From NCBI GenBank assembly GCA_964513145.1, contig CAZELK010000002.1:18413-82412 (forward strand): a stretch of DNA of 64,000 nt, read 5' to 3'. This DNA is from Candidatus Woesearchaeota archaeon. Its GTDB lineage: Archaea > Nanobdellota > Nanobdellia > SCGC-AAA011-G17 > JACPIM01. Positions 12,704-21,783 of this stretch are shown here, in pieces. The stretch's first letter is position 1. Each line of letters begins with the position of its first letter. Made by a program: the position numbers and the translations under genes. The notes under the pieces were generated by a model. That model worked only from the letters and a program-made list of their open reading frames with translations, ran no database searches and was not told the DNA's origin.

Positions 12704-15024
12704 ACTTGTTTCTTTTTTCTTCCTATTTTTGATTTTTCTTTCATTTGCTCATCTTTATTTTTAGGAGTTTCTTTTTCTTCCGTAGTTTTTCCCTGATGAG
12801 TTTTATCTTCGTTTTTTGGTAAAGCTTCTGTCGTTTTTCCATGAAGGCTTTTGTCAAAAGGCTTGGCCCAAGCTTCTTTAGATTTGCAATTTGGTGTTAA
12901 GCATAATTTCCATGGTCTTTTTCCAGCCCTAATAACCAAAACTTGGTAAAAGTTGCATTCTTTGCATTTTTCTTCCAATTTTTTTATCAATCCATTTCTT
13001 GGTAAAGAATAAATGTTCTTACATTCTGGATAGCTTGAACATCCTACAAATTTGCTTTTTGTTTTGGGAGAATATAATATTTTCAGGTTTCCTTTCTCGC
13101 ATTTAGGGCATTGCCCAAGTGTATTAGTATCTTCTTCTGTTTTTCTTTGTGAGACTAATAATTCTTTTCCAATATCAGTTTCATGTTCTTTAAATTTATC
13201 AAAAATTTTAATTAAAGTTTCTTTGGCTTTTCCTAAAATTTCTTGCTCATCAGCTTTTCCTTCCCTTATTTTCTCCATTTCTTTTTCAAAATGTCTTGTC
13301 AATTTTTCATCAATAATTTCTTCAGAATATTTTTGCAAAGTATCGATTAATTTTATTCCCAATTCAGTTGCTTGAATAGAATTGTCTTTAATGTAATTTC
13401 TTTGATATAATGTATCCAAAATAGCTGCGCGAGTACTTTTTGTACCTAAAAATTTTTTATCAAGTTCTTTAATTATTGAAGCTTGTATATATCTTTTTGG
13501 TGGTTGTGTCTCTTTGTTTTCTATTTTAATTTCTTTAACTTTTACTTCTTCCATTTCTTTCAATTTAGGAAGTTCAACGTCCTTAGACAAAGCATATTTT
13601 CCATAATATTTTTGCCAGCCTTTTTCTAAAGTTATTGTTCCAGAAACAGAAAATAATTCGTTGTTTACATCAATATTTAAAGTATTAGTTTGTTTTTTAG
13701 CAGGTTCGCCAAAAGTGCTTAAGAATCTTCTGACAATTAAATCATATAATTTAAATCCTTTTCCATCCACTTTAGCAAATTCCCCAGTGGGATGCACGCT
13801 GGGATGGGCAGGATCAGATTTTTTTCCTTCATTTGGAATTAATACATTTTTATTCAACAATTCAGAACAAATTTCTTCATAATTATTGTTTTTCTTTAAT
13901 TTTTCAAATATTTTTTTAAAATTCAAAGCACTGGGCAGCTTTTGCGATGAAGTTCTGGGATAAGAAATATATCCATTTATATACAAATCTTGCGCAATAC
14001 TTAAAGTTTCTTTGGGAGATATATGTAAAGTCCTGTATGCTTCTACTTGTAAAGAAGTTAAATCAAATGGATAGGGTGGTTCTTGTAAAAACTCTCTTTT
14101 AGAAATTTTTTTAATAAATGCTTTATTTCCTTCAGTATTTTTTAAAATTGTTTCAGCTTCTTTCTTATCCCAAATATCTCCTTTAATATGCCCAGCAGTA
14201 AATTTATCTGATATTAAATTTACCAGCCAAAAGGGAACTGGTTTAAAATTTTGAATTTCCTTTTCTCTTTTTACAATTAAATTTAAGGCTGGCCCCTGAA
14301 CCCTTCCGCTTGACATTAATTTAAATGCTCCGGCGCTTTTTATTGCCAACGTCAAAGCTCTTGACATATTTATCCCCCATATCCAATCCATAATATGCCT
14401 AGTTTCACCTGAGTAAGCTAAAGGAAAATCAAGATGTTTTTTAACATTTTTATAACTATCAATTAAATCATCTTTTGTTAAAGTTGAGAACTCCATCCTC
14501 AACCCATCTTTTTTATTAAAAATATATCTTAAAATATTCCATCCAATAACTTCTCCCTCTAAATCCTTATCAGTAGCAACAATGAATTCATCAGCATCTT
14601 TACTTAATTCTTTTAGAAGATCAAAATATTTTTGTGTGTAAGCAGACTTTTTCTTAACCTTAAAACTTTCTCTCCATTCAACATCAAAAACAGGATACTT
14701 TGATCCTTCTTTCTTTTTTTCTGCTAAATTAAATAAATGTCCTACAGTACAACAGACAATAACTTTTTTTCCTTTTATTTGAATATTATAATAAGGCACT
14801 CCATCTTCTTTGTAAGCTGTTACTTTGCCGTCAGCTAAAGAATCTGCTATTTTCAAAGCTGCTGATGGTTTCTCGCATAAAATTAATTGTGTCATAAAAT
14901 GCCCAAATATAAGACATTTATTAAATTTTTGCTTAAAAGATTTTGTATAATTAACTAAGGCTAAGAAATTTGAGTAATCCAAAACCCCAAATTTTGGCAG
15001 TTTTAAATAAGAAAATTTTTCCAA
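12700..15024 (-). CDS. topA: DNA topoisomerase type IA (TopA/Topo III-like) with C-terminal Zn fingers
   Basis: Toprim (LILCEKPSAA), active-site Tyr motif GYISYPRTSS, and C-terminal CPKCEKG...CSSYPECKN. Confidence 0.85.
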   Translation of the reverse strand: MEKFSYLKLPKFGVLDYSNFLALVNYTKSFKQKFNKCLIFGHFMTQLILCEKPSAALKIADSLADGKVTAYKEDGVPYYNIQIKGKKVIVCCTVGHLFNLAEKKKEGSKYPVFDVEWRESFKVKKKSAYTQKYFDLLKELSKDADEFIVATDKDLEGEVIGWNILRYIFNKKDGLRMEFSTLTKDDLIDSYKNVKKHLDFPLAYSGETRHIMDWIWGINMSRALTLAIKSAGAFKLMSSGRVQGPALNLIVKREKEIQNFKPVPFWLVNLISDKFTAGHIKGDIWDKKEAETILKNTEGNKAFIKKISKREFLQEPPYPFDLTSLQVEAYRTLHISPKETLSIAQDLYINGYISYPRTSSQKLPSALNFKKIFEKLKKNNNYEEICSELLNKNVLIPNEGKKSDPAHPSVHPTGEFAKVDGKGFKLYDLIVRRFLSTFGEPAKKQTNTLNIDVNNELFSVSGTITLEKGWQKYYGKYALSKDVELPKLKEMEEVKVKEIKIENKETQPPKRYIQASIIKELDKKFLGTKSTRAAILDTLYQRNYIKDNSIQATELGIKLIDTLQKYSEEIIDEKLTRHFEKEMEKIREGKADEQEILGKAKETLIKIFDKFKEHETDIGKELLVSQRKTEEDTNTLGQCPKCEKGNLKILYSPKTKSKFVGCSSYPECKNIYSLPRNGLIKKLEEKCKECNFYQVLVIRAGKRPWKLCLTPNCKSKEAWAKPFDKSLHGKTTEALPKNEDKTHQGKTTEEKETPKNKDEQMKEKSKIGRKKKQV

Positions 15025-15127
15025 AAGAAGTTTTATTTATAAATCCTTAATTAACTTTACAGAGCCGCTTAAAATCTAAAATAGAATGTAGAAAGATTTA
15101 AAGGGTTCTTATTATTATTTTTAAATA

Positions 15128-15880
15128 ATGAAATCTAAAATTATGAATTCTTATGAGACTTTTGGAGAAATATATTATGAATCAAGAAAGAAAAAAAATG
15201 GAATAAGCTATTTTTACAATGAAAATCTTGAGATGCCTGCAACTTTAAAATTATTAGGTAATGTTAAGGGAAAGAAGATTCTGGATGTTGGCTGCGGTCC
15301 GGGAATTTACGCCAGGATTCTTACTGAAGCAGGAGCGTCTGTAAAAGGCATAGATTTCTCTAAAAAATTTATATCAATTGCAAAAAATGAAGCACCAAAA
15401 GCATTATTTACATTAGGGGATGCAGAAAAATTACCATACCAAAACAAAGAATTTGATATTGTTTTGTCAACATTAATGTTGGGCCATTTTGAAAATTGGG
15501 ATAATATATTTTCTGAAATAAAGAGAGTTCTGAAAAATAATTGTATTTTCATATTTTCAATAAAAAACCCAATTACTTCCAGCATGCAAAAAAGAAAATG
15601 GTTCTTTAGATCATTCAGGGAAGTTGTTGATTACTTTAATGAAAAATGGGTTTCGAATAAATGGAGAAGGGAAAATAGGGGAAATACCATAACATCTTAT
15701 GTGTCAGAACATCATAAAACATACAGCACTATAATCAAGACAATTATAAAAAATAGTTTTGAGATTATTGATTATGAAGATGCAAGGCCTTTGTTAAAAG
15801 CAAAAAATCTATTCCCAAAAGAATACAAAAGAACAATTAATATGCCACATTTTTGTATATGGAAACTTAGAAAGAAATAA
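15128..15880 (+). CDS. class I SAM-dependent methyltransferase
   Basis: Motif I ILDVGCGPGIYA; Methyltransf_11-like. Confidence 0.7.
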   Translation: MKSKIMNSYETFGEIYYESRKKKNGISYFYNENLEMPATLKLLGNVKGKKILDVGCGPGIYARILTEAGASVKGIDFSKKFISIAKNEAPKALFTLGDAEKLPYQNKEFDIVLSTLMLGHFENWDNIFSEIKRVLKNNCIFIFSIKNPITSSMQKRKWFFRSFREVVDYFNEKWVSNKWRRENRGNTITSYVSEHHKTYSTIIKTIIKNSFEIIDYEDARPLLKAKNLFPKEYKRTINMPHFCIWKLRKK

Positions 15881-15957
15881 ATTATCCTATTACTAAATTA
15901 CTATTTTTTGTAAAACTTCTTTTAGTCCTTGATTAAACTTTTTCTAAGGGTTTAAAA

Positions 15958-16076
15958 TGGGCCCGATCAGATTTGAACTGACGGCCGCTCGATTATCAGT
16001 CGAGTGCTCCAATTGTCCATACTTTTAGTTTTGCCAAAGCTTTTCCTAAAAGCTTTCCAGACTAAGCTACGGGCCC
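15958..16076 (-). tRNA. tRNA-Ile (anticodon GAU) with a ~45-nt insertion between D-loop/D-arm and anticodon stem
   Basis: Acceptor GGGCCCG/CGGGCCC; anticodon arm CTCGA-CTGATAA-TCGAG; T arm GTCAG-TTCAAAT-CTGAT. Gene is 119 nt versus about 74 mature. The insert contains the hairpin AAAGCTTTT-AGG-AAAAGCTTT. Confidence 0.7.
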
Positions 16077-16128
16077 ATAAAGGAAACACAATTATTTCAT
16101 TTATTAAATTTTGCATATAAAAATTGAT

Positions 16129-16512
16129 TTAAAAATCAGTTAATTTAGAAAGTCTTCCTGAAACTTTGCCAGTAAAATACCTTGAGTCTTTTGGGATAAG
16201 GGGCACATAAACAGGATCTAGCTCTATTCCTAAATATCTGGCTTTGGTATAAATATGGCCTAGAGCATAGCAATAAGAATCACGTACAATTTTATTAGCT
16301 TGCCTGAAAACAGCGATTTCACAAATTAAATCTTCAACAAATCCCCGCATTTTTTGCTCTATATTATTCATCTTCCTATTAACAGATAATTTAGCAAGAT
16401 CATACCTTCCTTCAGTCTTATGTTTAGTAATTTGAAATGATTTAGATTGTTTCAATTTTGTAACTAAATCATCTATTGAAGTTATCCTTGATTTAAGTTC
16501 TTTTTTATCCAT
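16129..16512 (-). CDS. hypothetical protein
   Basis: 127 aa ORF, no recognisable motif. Confidence 0.35.
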   Translation of the reverse strand: MDKKELKSRITSIDDLVTKLKQSKSFQITKHKTEGRYDLAKLSVNRKMNNIEQKMRGFVEDLICEIAVFRQANKIVRDSYCYALGHIYTKARYLGIELDPVYVPLIPKDSRYFTGKVSGRLSKLTDF

Positions 16513-16538
16513 AAACCCAATATAAAAAAGAAAGGCTT

Positions 16539-16700
16539 TTAATCCTTCCTTTTTTTCGTTCTAAAAGCCCTTATTAAATCATCAGGGCATCTGGTTGTTT
16601 TATAGCAATTAGGGCAGATTAAGATAGGGTTATCAGCATCAAACTTATAAGGTCCCATAAAATTGTGGCATCCACATTTACATGTAAATTCATATTCCAT
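16539..16700 (-). CDS. small Zn-ribbon protein (53 aa), not in ORF track
   Basis: MEYEFTCKCGCHNFMGPYKFDADNPILICPNCYKTTRCPDDLIRAFRTKKRKD; multiple Cys pairs. Confidence 0.3.
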   Translation of the reverse strand: MEYEFTCKCGCHNFMGPYKFDADNPILICPNCYKTTRCPDDLIRAFRTKKRKD

Positions 16701-16854
16701 TATTAATAAAAATCAAACTAATTATTTAAAGAAAAGCTGTATAAATTAATACTTTATTTTCTAAAAAATACAGATGCATATATTTTTGTTAAAAACTTTC
16801 AAAATAAAATTTTGTACTACTATTAAATTATTACTTCTACTATTTATAAATACC

Positions 16855-16889
16855 ACTGGACAAAACCTACTGGACAAGACAAAGACCTG
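16855..16889. repeat. right copy (reverse complement) of the 35-bp inverted repeat
   Basis: actggacaaaacctactggacaagacaaagacctg is the exact reverse complement of 11242..11276. Confidence 0.9.
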
Positions 16890-16946
16890 CCTAGCACTTT
16901 TAAAGTAAATTATCTTTTTACAATATAAGAAAAAGTTAAAAACATT

Positions 16947-17192
16947 TTGTCAAACTTTTTCAAAAAAATCGGAGGTACTAAAATGATAATGCAATTATTA
17001 AGCAAAAAAGAAGACAAATACATGAGTTGGGAAGAGTATAAAAAAAGGATGATAGAAATGCAGGTAATACATCTTATAGAGCAGTTCATCAAACAAGATT
17101 CAAGTTATAGTTATGATGATCTAGAAAATTTAGACATAGCAAGATTTAAACAAATTGGGGGTGTTAAAAATGCAGGGAATATATTCGAATGA
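16947..17192 (+). CDS. hypothetical protein; the first ATG is at 16983 and the track start at 16947 is TTG
   Basis: 81 aa ORF with the 35-bp repeat in its upstream region, in the same orientation as for the Cas4-like gene. Confidence 0.35.
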   Translation: MSNFFKKIGGTKMIMQLLSKKEDKYMSWEEYKKRMIEMQVIHLIEQFIKQDSSYSYDDLENLDIARFKQIGGVKNAGNIFE

Positions 17193-17318
17193 GTTTAGGG
17201 AAGAGTTAATAGATGATGATGAGATCTCAGCAGAAGAATATTTTTTTATGCTTGGATATGAATCTGAAGATTTAGATTTTTAAATTTTATTTTTTTATTT
17301 AATTTATAAAAATTAAAA

Positions 17319-17612
17319 ATGAATGAATTAAATTTTAAAGATAAATTTGAGAAAAATATAATCCTAACACTAGAACGAATAAAACATATAAGTCTTCATA
17401 TTCAAGTAAATAATTATATTTCAATCATTGAGAATACGTTAAAATATCCGGAGATTTTATCAAAAGACTCTGAAAAAAATATATATTATTACCAAAAATA
17501 TTTAAAGTTAGAGAACATATATTTTATAATAGTAGTTAAACTTACTAATGAAGAGGGTTCGATAATAACAGTTTATAAAATGCAAAACCAAAAAAATGAA
17601 ACAAAAAATTAA
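17319..17612 (+). CDS. putative toxin, DUF4258/RelE-fold-like
   Basis: 97 aa with C-terminal NIYFIIVVKLTNEEGSIITVYKM beta-strand pattern. It overlaps the downstream DUF2283-like gene. Confidence 0.35.
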   Translation: MNELNFKDKFEKNIILTLERIKHISLHIQVNNYISIIENTLKYPEILSKDSEKNIYYYQKYLKLENIYFIIVVKLTNEEGSIITVYKMQNQKNETKN

Positions 17613-17814
17613 AATATTGTATGATGAGGAAGGCGATTATTTAGAAATAAATTTAAGGAAAACTAAAGATACTTATTTTGATGAAATAAAAAAAGATTTT
17701 GCTCGAATTTTAGAAACAAAAACAAATAAAATTGTAGGTTATGCAGTTTTTAATTTTACAAAACAAAAAAACAAACCTATTGAAATCGAGATACCGACCG
17801 TAATTTCAGCTTAG
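17596..17814 (+). CDS. DUF2283-family protein (putative antitoxin partner)
   Basis: KILYDEEGDYLEINL pattern typical of DUF2283. Confidence 0.5.
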   Translation: MKQKIKILYDEEGDYLEINLRKTKDTYFDEIKKDFARILETKTNKIVGYAVFNFTKQKNKPIEIEIPTVISA

Positions 17815-17818
17815 AAAA

Positions 17819-18904
17819 TTAATCTAAAAAGTCTTTATTTTTAATTTTTTCAGGTAAGTATTTCTCAGAAATAAAACTTATACCTTTAGAAGTAAGGGAC
17901 TGAATTTCTACTTTAGCTTCGAATTCTTTCATCATCTTAAATTGTCTTTGCCATTCTTTATTATCTTTAAACCAAGCATATTCTGAAACTTGTTTAATTC
18001 TTGCATAATCTTTTTCATCTAATTTAATGAAGTGTTTTTTAAGATCGTATTTGATAACATCATCCATAGTGATACCAACATATTTTACGCCCGGAATTGT
18101 TAATCTTCCTGACGCATGAGACAGCGCGATGCTGCCGTATTTAATTACGGAGTAAATATATGCACCGTAAATGTCCCCGTCACAGAGTACATAAACTGGT
18201 AGCTTATGTTCTTCATATAATCTTTGTAATAATCTTCTAATTCCTCTTGTAGTTTGACCTTGTGAAGAAATTATAATACAATCATTTTTTTCCCAGAATT
18301 TATCTTCCTGCAAACGTTCCCAAACAGCTGCTTTTTCCATATAAAGAACATATTTAGCATTTACTTTCTTAAATATGATTTCATCAGTGATAGATGGGAC
18401 ACTCCACCCCCCACTACCCATTTTACTTAAGTCAATAGTATCTCCTTTATCTTCAATTACAACTTTTCCAGCTACACTTCCCATTTTATTAGCAGCTACA
18501 TGTAATTGTTCCCTGGAAAAATCAGTAATGACTTCTAAATCTTCAATAGCTTTGTCAGATTCGGTTTGATCATCAACTAGATTAATATTTGTGCCTGGTA
18601 TAGTTCTCTTTACCATGTAAAATACATCTCTTAAACTTGAATGTTTGCCAGAACTCAATAATTCATTTTTTATAACAGAGGCAACTTCAACAGTCTGTAA
18701 AAATTTCTTGGAATGTGCAACATTAAAGAAGCTCCTGGAAGACATTTTGTCTCCTAATTTTAGTATTTTTTGTTTAGTATCATAAACTATATTGCTTAAA
18801 TTTCTTAAGCTCATTTCAATTTCAGGATTTTTTCCTTTTTTAATTTGATCAACTATCTTATTGCCAAAATCTTCCAAAACTTTTTTTGATTTATTTTCTG
18901 CCAT
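17819..18904 (-). CDS. top6A: DNA topoisomerase VI subunit A (Spo11-like)
   Basis: Toprim DxD (YVLCDGDIYG), winged helix with catalytic Tyr region; 361 aa. Confidence 0.85.
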   Translation of the reverse strand: MAENKSKKVLEDFGNKIVDQIKKGKNPEIEMSLRNLSNIVYDTKQKILKLGDKMSSRSFFNVAHSKKFLQTVEVASVIKNELLSSGKHSSLRDVFYMVKRTIPGTNINLVDDQTESDKAIEDLEVITDFSREQLHVAANKMGSVAGKVVIEDKGDTIDLSKMGSGGWSVPSITDEIIFKKVNAKYVLYMEKAAVWERLQEDKFWEKNDCIIISSQGQTTRGIRRLLQRLYEEHKLPVYVLCDGDIYGAYIYSVIKYGSIALSHASGRLTIPGVKYVGITMDDVIKYDLKKHFIKLDEKDYARIKQVSEYAWFKDNKEWQRQFKMMKEFEAKVEIQSLTSKGISFISEKYLPEKIKNKDFLD

Positions 18905-18906
18905 AA

Positions 18907-20628
18907 TTATTTGCCAAGCTTGGTTTGTCTATCCTTGCCAGATTTTTTCTTTTCTTTGCCTTTCTTTGTTTCTTTCTTATTATCTTCCATTAACTCTTTT
19001 TGTTCTTCCATATCTTGCTTGATTTCTTCTTTTAACTCTTTATTTTCAACACTGCTTAACAATTCTTTCATATTTTTATGAAGTATTTTTGTAAGTTCCT
19101 CAGTTAGAATATTTTCTTTTTCATTAGTTAACATACTTAAAGCCCTGGATAATTCTGGAATATATTTGATAAATAAATCTATTTTTTCTTTTTGCTCTTT
19201 AGCTTTGACATTTTTCCTGATAAATATTCCTAGTCTTCTTCCGCATTCTTGCAATCCCAATTTAATTTCTTTAATTATATCTTCATAATGGGCAATTGCG
19301 TCCTTGCTTTCAGATGTAAATGGCACCCATACAGATGCCATGTGGACAACTAATACTAAAGGTCCGTAAGGTAATGATCCTGAACTTTGCTGTAATCCAT
19401 AAGGTCTCCAATTTATGTTTTGAACACTTTCAGTAATTGCACATGCGCCTTGTTGATATAATAAGGGAACCCTGTTTGCAAATCTCATTAATCTGACTTG
19501 TCCTTCTTTTTCTAAATCTCCCCCAAATGCACAGCTCACTTCTATGGCAAAGGGTCTTCCTTTGTAAACTACAGGGCTTCTTGAAACAGCAGTATAAAAA
19601 TCAGCATTAATTTCTTTTTTCAACCCTTTAACTAATAATTCTTCTCCAATTGGGCTGATGCAATTAGTAGGCGGAGCAATTATTTTTGTGTTCTGCATTG
19701 ATTTATACAAACTTTCACTTTGTGCAAGATCTAACTCTTCTGGTTTTAATTTTGCATCCAATATTGCTTTATCACAAATCTCTTTTGCAGTTACAGAGCT
19801 AATCCTTGAAAAATCATTTTGTAAAAAAGAGCTTAATGTTCGTGACTCTGTGTTTTTCAGCATTTTAATTAAAATACCTAATTCAATGCCATAAGGATGC
19901 GGCTTAATTTCCTGTGCTTCAACAGGCAGTTCGTTAGTTGCCCTAGGATACTCAACTTTCTCATTTAAAGGATTTATATAAACAATTCTAGCATGCGGGT
20001 TTACAATTGCAGTTTGTTTTAAATATTCGTCAACACTTTGTTTTCCTTTTTGGTACTTTCCTTCTAATTCAAGTTCTACCTTGGTTCCATGATCTTTATT
20101 CCAGTCAAAATTTTCCTCTTTAACAATTTCAGGTTCATTTTTTACTGTGTCAATATGCAGCCAATAATGATGTGCTTTTTGTTTAGGTCCGATTTTGGAA
20201 GTTATAATAACTGGTTTTCCAGTAGTTAATTGAGAATATAAAACAGCAGCGCTTATCCCAATTCCTTGCTGTCCTCTTTGCATTTTCATAGCATGAAACT
20301 TGCTTCCATATAATAATTTTGCAAAAATTCTCGGAATTTGTTCTTTTACAATCCCAGGTCCATTATCTTCAACTATAATTTTAAACCTGCTTTCAGATAA
20401 TTGTTTTATTTCGACAAAGATTTCGGGTAGTATCTTCATTTCTTGAGCTGCGTCAAGAGAATTATCGCAAGCTTCTTTAATTGCCATCAAAATTGCTTTA
20501 GCTGGACTATCAAAACCTAGTAAATGCCTGTTTTTGGTAAAAAATTCAGAAACTGATATTTCACGTTGCTTCTTTGCAAGCTCTTCAGCTTTAATCACTT
20601 CTTTTATTTCACTATCCTTTGACATCAT
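18907..20628 (-). CDS. top6B: DNA topoisomerase VI subunit B (GHKL ATPase)
   Basis: Bergerat fold motifs (IVEDNGPGI, GQQGIGISAA); adjacent to top6A. Confidence 0.85.
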   Translation of the reverse strand: MMSKDSEIKEVIKAEELAKKQREISVSEFFTKNRHLLGFDSPAKAILMAIKEACDNSLDAAQEMKILPEIFVEIKQLSESRFKIIVEDNGPGIVKEQIPRIFAKLLYGSKFHAMKMQRGQQGIGISAAVLYSQLTTGKPVIITSKIGPKQKAHHYWLHIDTVKNEPEIVKEENFDWNKDHGTKVELELEGKYQKGKQSVDEYLKQTAIVNPHARIVYINPLNEKVEYPRATNELPVEAQEIKPHPYGIELGILIKMLKNTESRTLSSFLQNDFSRISSVTAKEICDKAILDAKLKPEELDLAQSESLYKSMQNTKIIAPPTNCISPIGEELLVKGLKKEINADFYTAVSRSPVVYKGRPFAIEVSCAFGGDLEKEGQVRLMRFANRVPLLYQQGACAITESVQNINWRPYGLQQSSGSLPYGPLVLVVHMASVWVPFTSESKDAIAHYEDIIKEIKLGLQECGRRLGIFIRKNVKAKEQKEKIDLFIKYIPELSRALSMLTNEKENILTEELTKILHKNMKELLSSVENKELKEEIKQDMEEQKELMEDNKKETKKGKEKKKSGKDRQTKLGK

Positions 20629-20884
20629 GATTGAAAAAAATTATTTATTTATAAAGTTTTGTTTTTAAGCAGGTTAGGCAATTTTATAAAAATATTTTAA
20701 TATATCAAAAATATGGGCTCTGATAAACAGACAAATTTATTTTTCAGAAGAAAATATTTAATTGATATTAATTATGTTAATTATTATTGGAGTAAAAATA
20801 GATTATATTAATAGCTGCAGTTGACAAAGATATACATTATCACATAATGCACACCATCTTAGAAATTGATTCGGAAATTTTATA

Positions 20885-21397
20885 CTAAAGTTCGTCTATT
20901 TTACTAAGTTCTCTTTCCATGTATTTGTAAGCATTTCCATGAGGCGCTCCCCTTAATAAAATTTCCATTCCTCTTTTGGCGATATCAACTTGTATTATTT
21001 TGCCTATAATAGAAACAGTTTTTCCATAAATAACAATATTAGTATCAGTTAAATTTTCTACTGCTTCTCTTGCCTTTCCCTCTTTTCCAATAATCCTTGC
21101 TTTTAATCTCTCAAATTTCTTCTTGGATTTTCCTGTAAAATCTTTTATATTTATAATCTCAATGCAAAATTCATCTTTTAATAAATTCTTGGCAACTGAA
21201 GGGTTAAAACCACGGCCAACTGCCTTTACAATAAGATTGGCGTCATAAACTCCAATACCCTCTCCTTCAATAAAAACTCCGCCTTCTTTATCAACAGTTA
21301 TCTTTGTATGTGTATCTCTCTCTATTGATTTCTTTACTTCTCCATTCTTTCCAATTAAAACTCCAACCCTTTCTTTGGGTATTCTTAAGTCATGCAT
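20885..21397 (-). CDS. KH-domain RNA-binding protein (Dim2/Pno1-like, two KH domains)
   Basis: VGVLIGKNGEVKKSIE and IGKEGKAREAVE KH GxxG-type loops. Confidence 0.65.
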   Translation of the reverse strand: MHDLRIPKERVGVLIGKNGEVKKSIERDTHTKITVDKEGGVFIEGEGIGVYDANLIVKAVGRGFNPSVAKNLLKDEFCIEIINIKDFTGKSKKKFERLKARIIGKEGKAREAVENLTDTNIVIYGKTVSIIGKIIQVDIAKRGMEILLRGAPHGNAYKYMERELSKIDEL

Positions 21398-21401
21398 TTT
21401 T

Positions 21402-21746
21402 CTAGAATTCTTCTACATTTTCCAGCTTCTTAATATAATTCTTTTGTTTTAGCCATTCAATTTGAGATGGCCTGTATTTAAAAATTATGTCTCCTTTTTC
21501 ATCTCCACCTAAAGCCCAAGGTTCAACTAAAACATAATCTCCTTCTCTTAGCCATAATTTTCTTTTTAGTCTTCCTGGAATTCTGCATATTCTTACTTTT
21601 CCATCAAAACATTTCACTCTCATTCTACTGGCACCAAGTCTTTGGTCTAGCAACCCTATACTCTGGTTGCCTCTTGGTAATTTAACCCTTGAAATCTCGC
21701 TCTGTATTTCTTCTTGCTTTGCTAGCTCGTCGCTTTTCTTGCTCAT
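21402..21746 (-). CDS. eif1a: translation initiation factor aIF-1A
   Basis: S1/OB core RVKCFDGKVRICRIPGRLKRKLWLREGDYVLV. Confidence 0.85.
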   Translation of the reverse strand: MSKKSDELAKQEEIQSEISRVKLPRGNQSIGLLDQRLGASRMRVKCFDGKVRICRIPGRLKRKLWLREGDYVLVEPWALGGDEKGDIIFKYRPSQIEWLKQKNYIKKLENVEEF

Positions 21747-21783
21747 ATATTAAGATTTAATTAACAAATGTTTATAAAAGTTC

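Noticed and set aside
15307-15585. Minus-strand ORF 15307..15585
   Set aside because: Antisense inside the methyltransferase gene.
16910-17092. Minus-strand ORF 16910..17092
   Set aside because: It overlaps the plus-strand ORF 16947..17192 and the promoter region. It has a hydrophobic low-complexity translation and no support.
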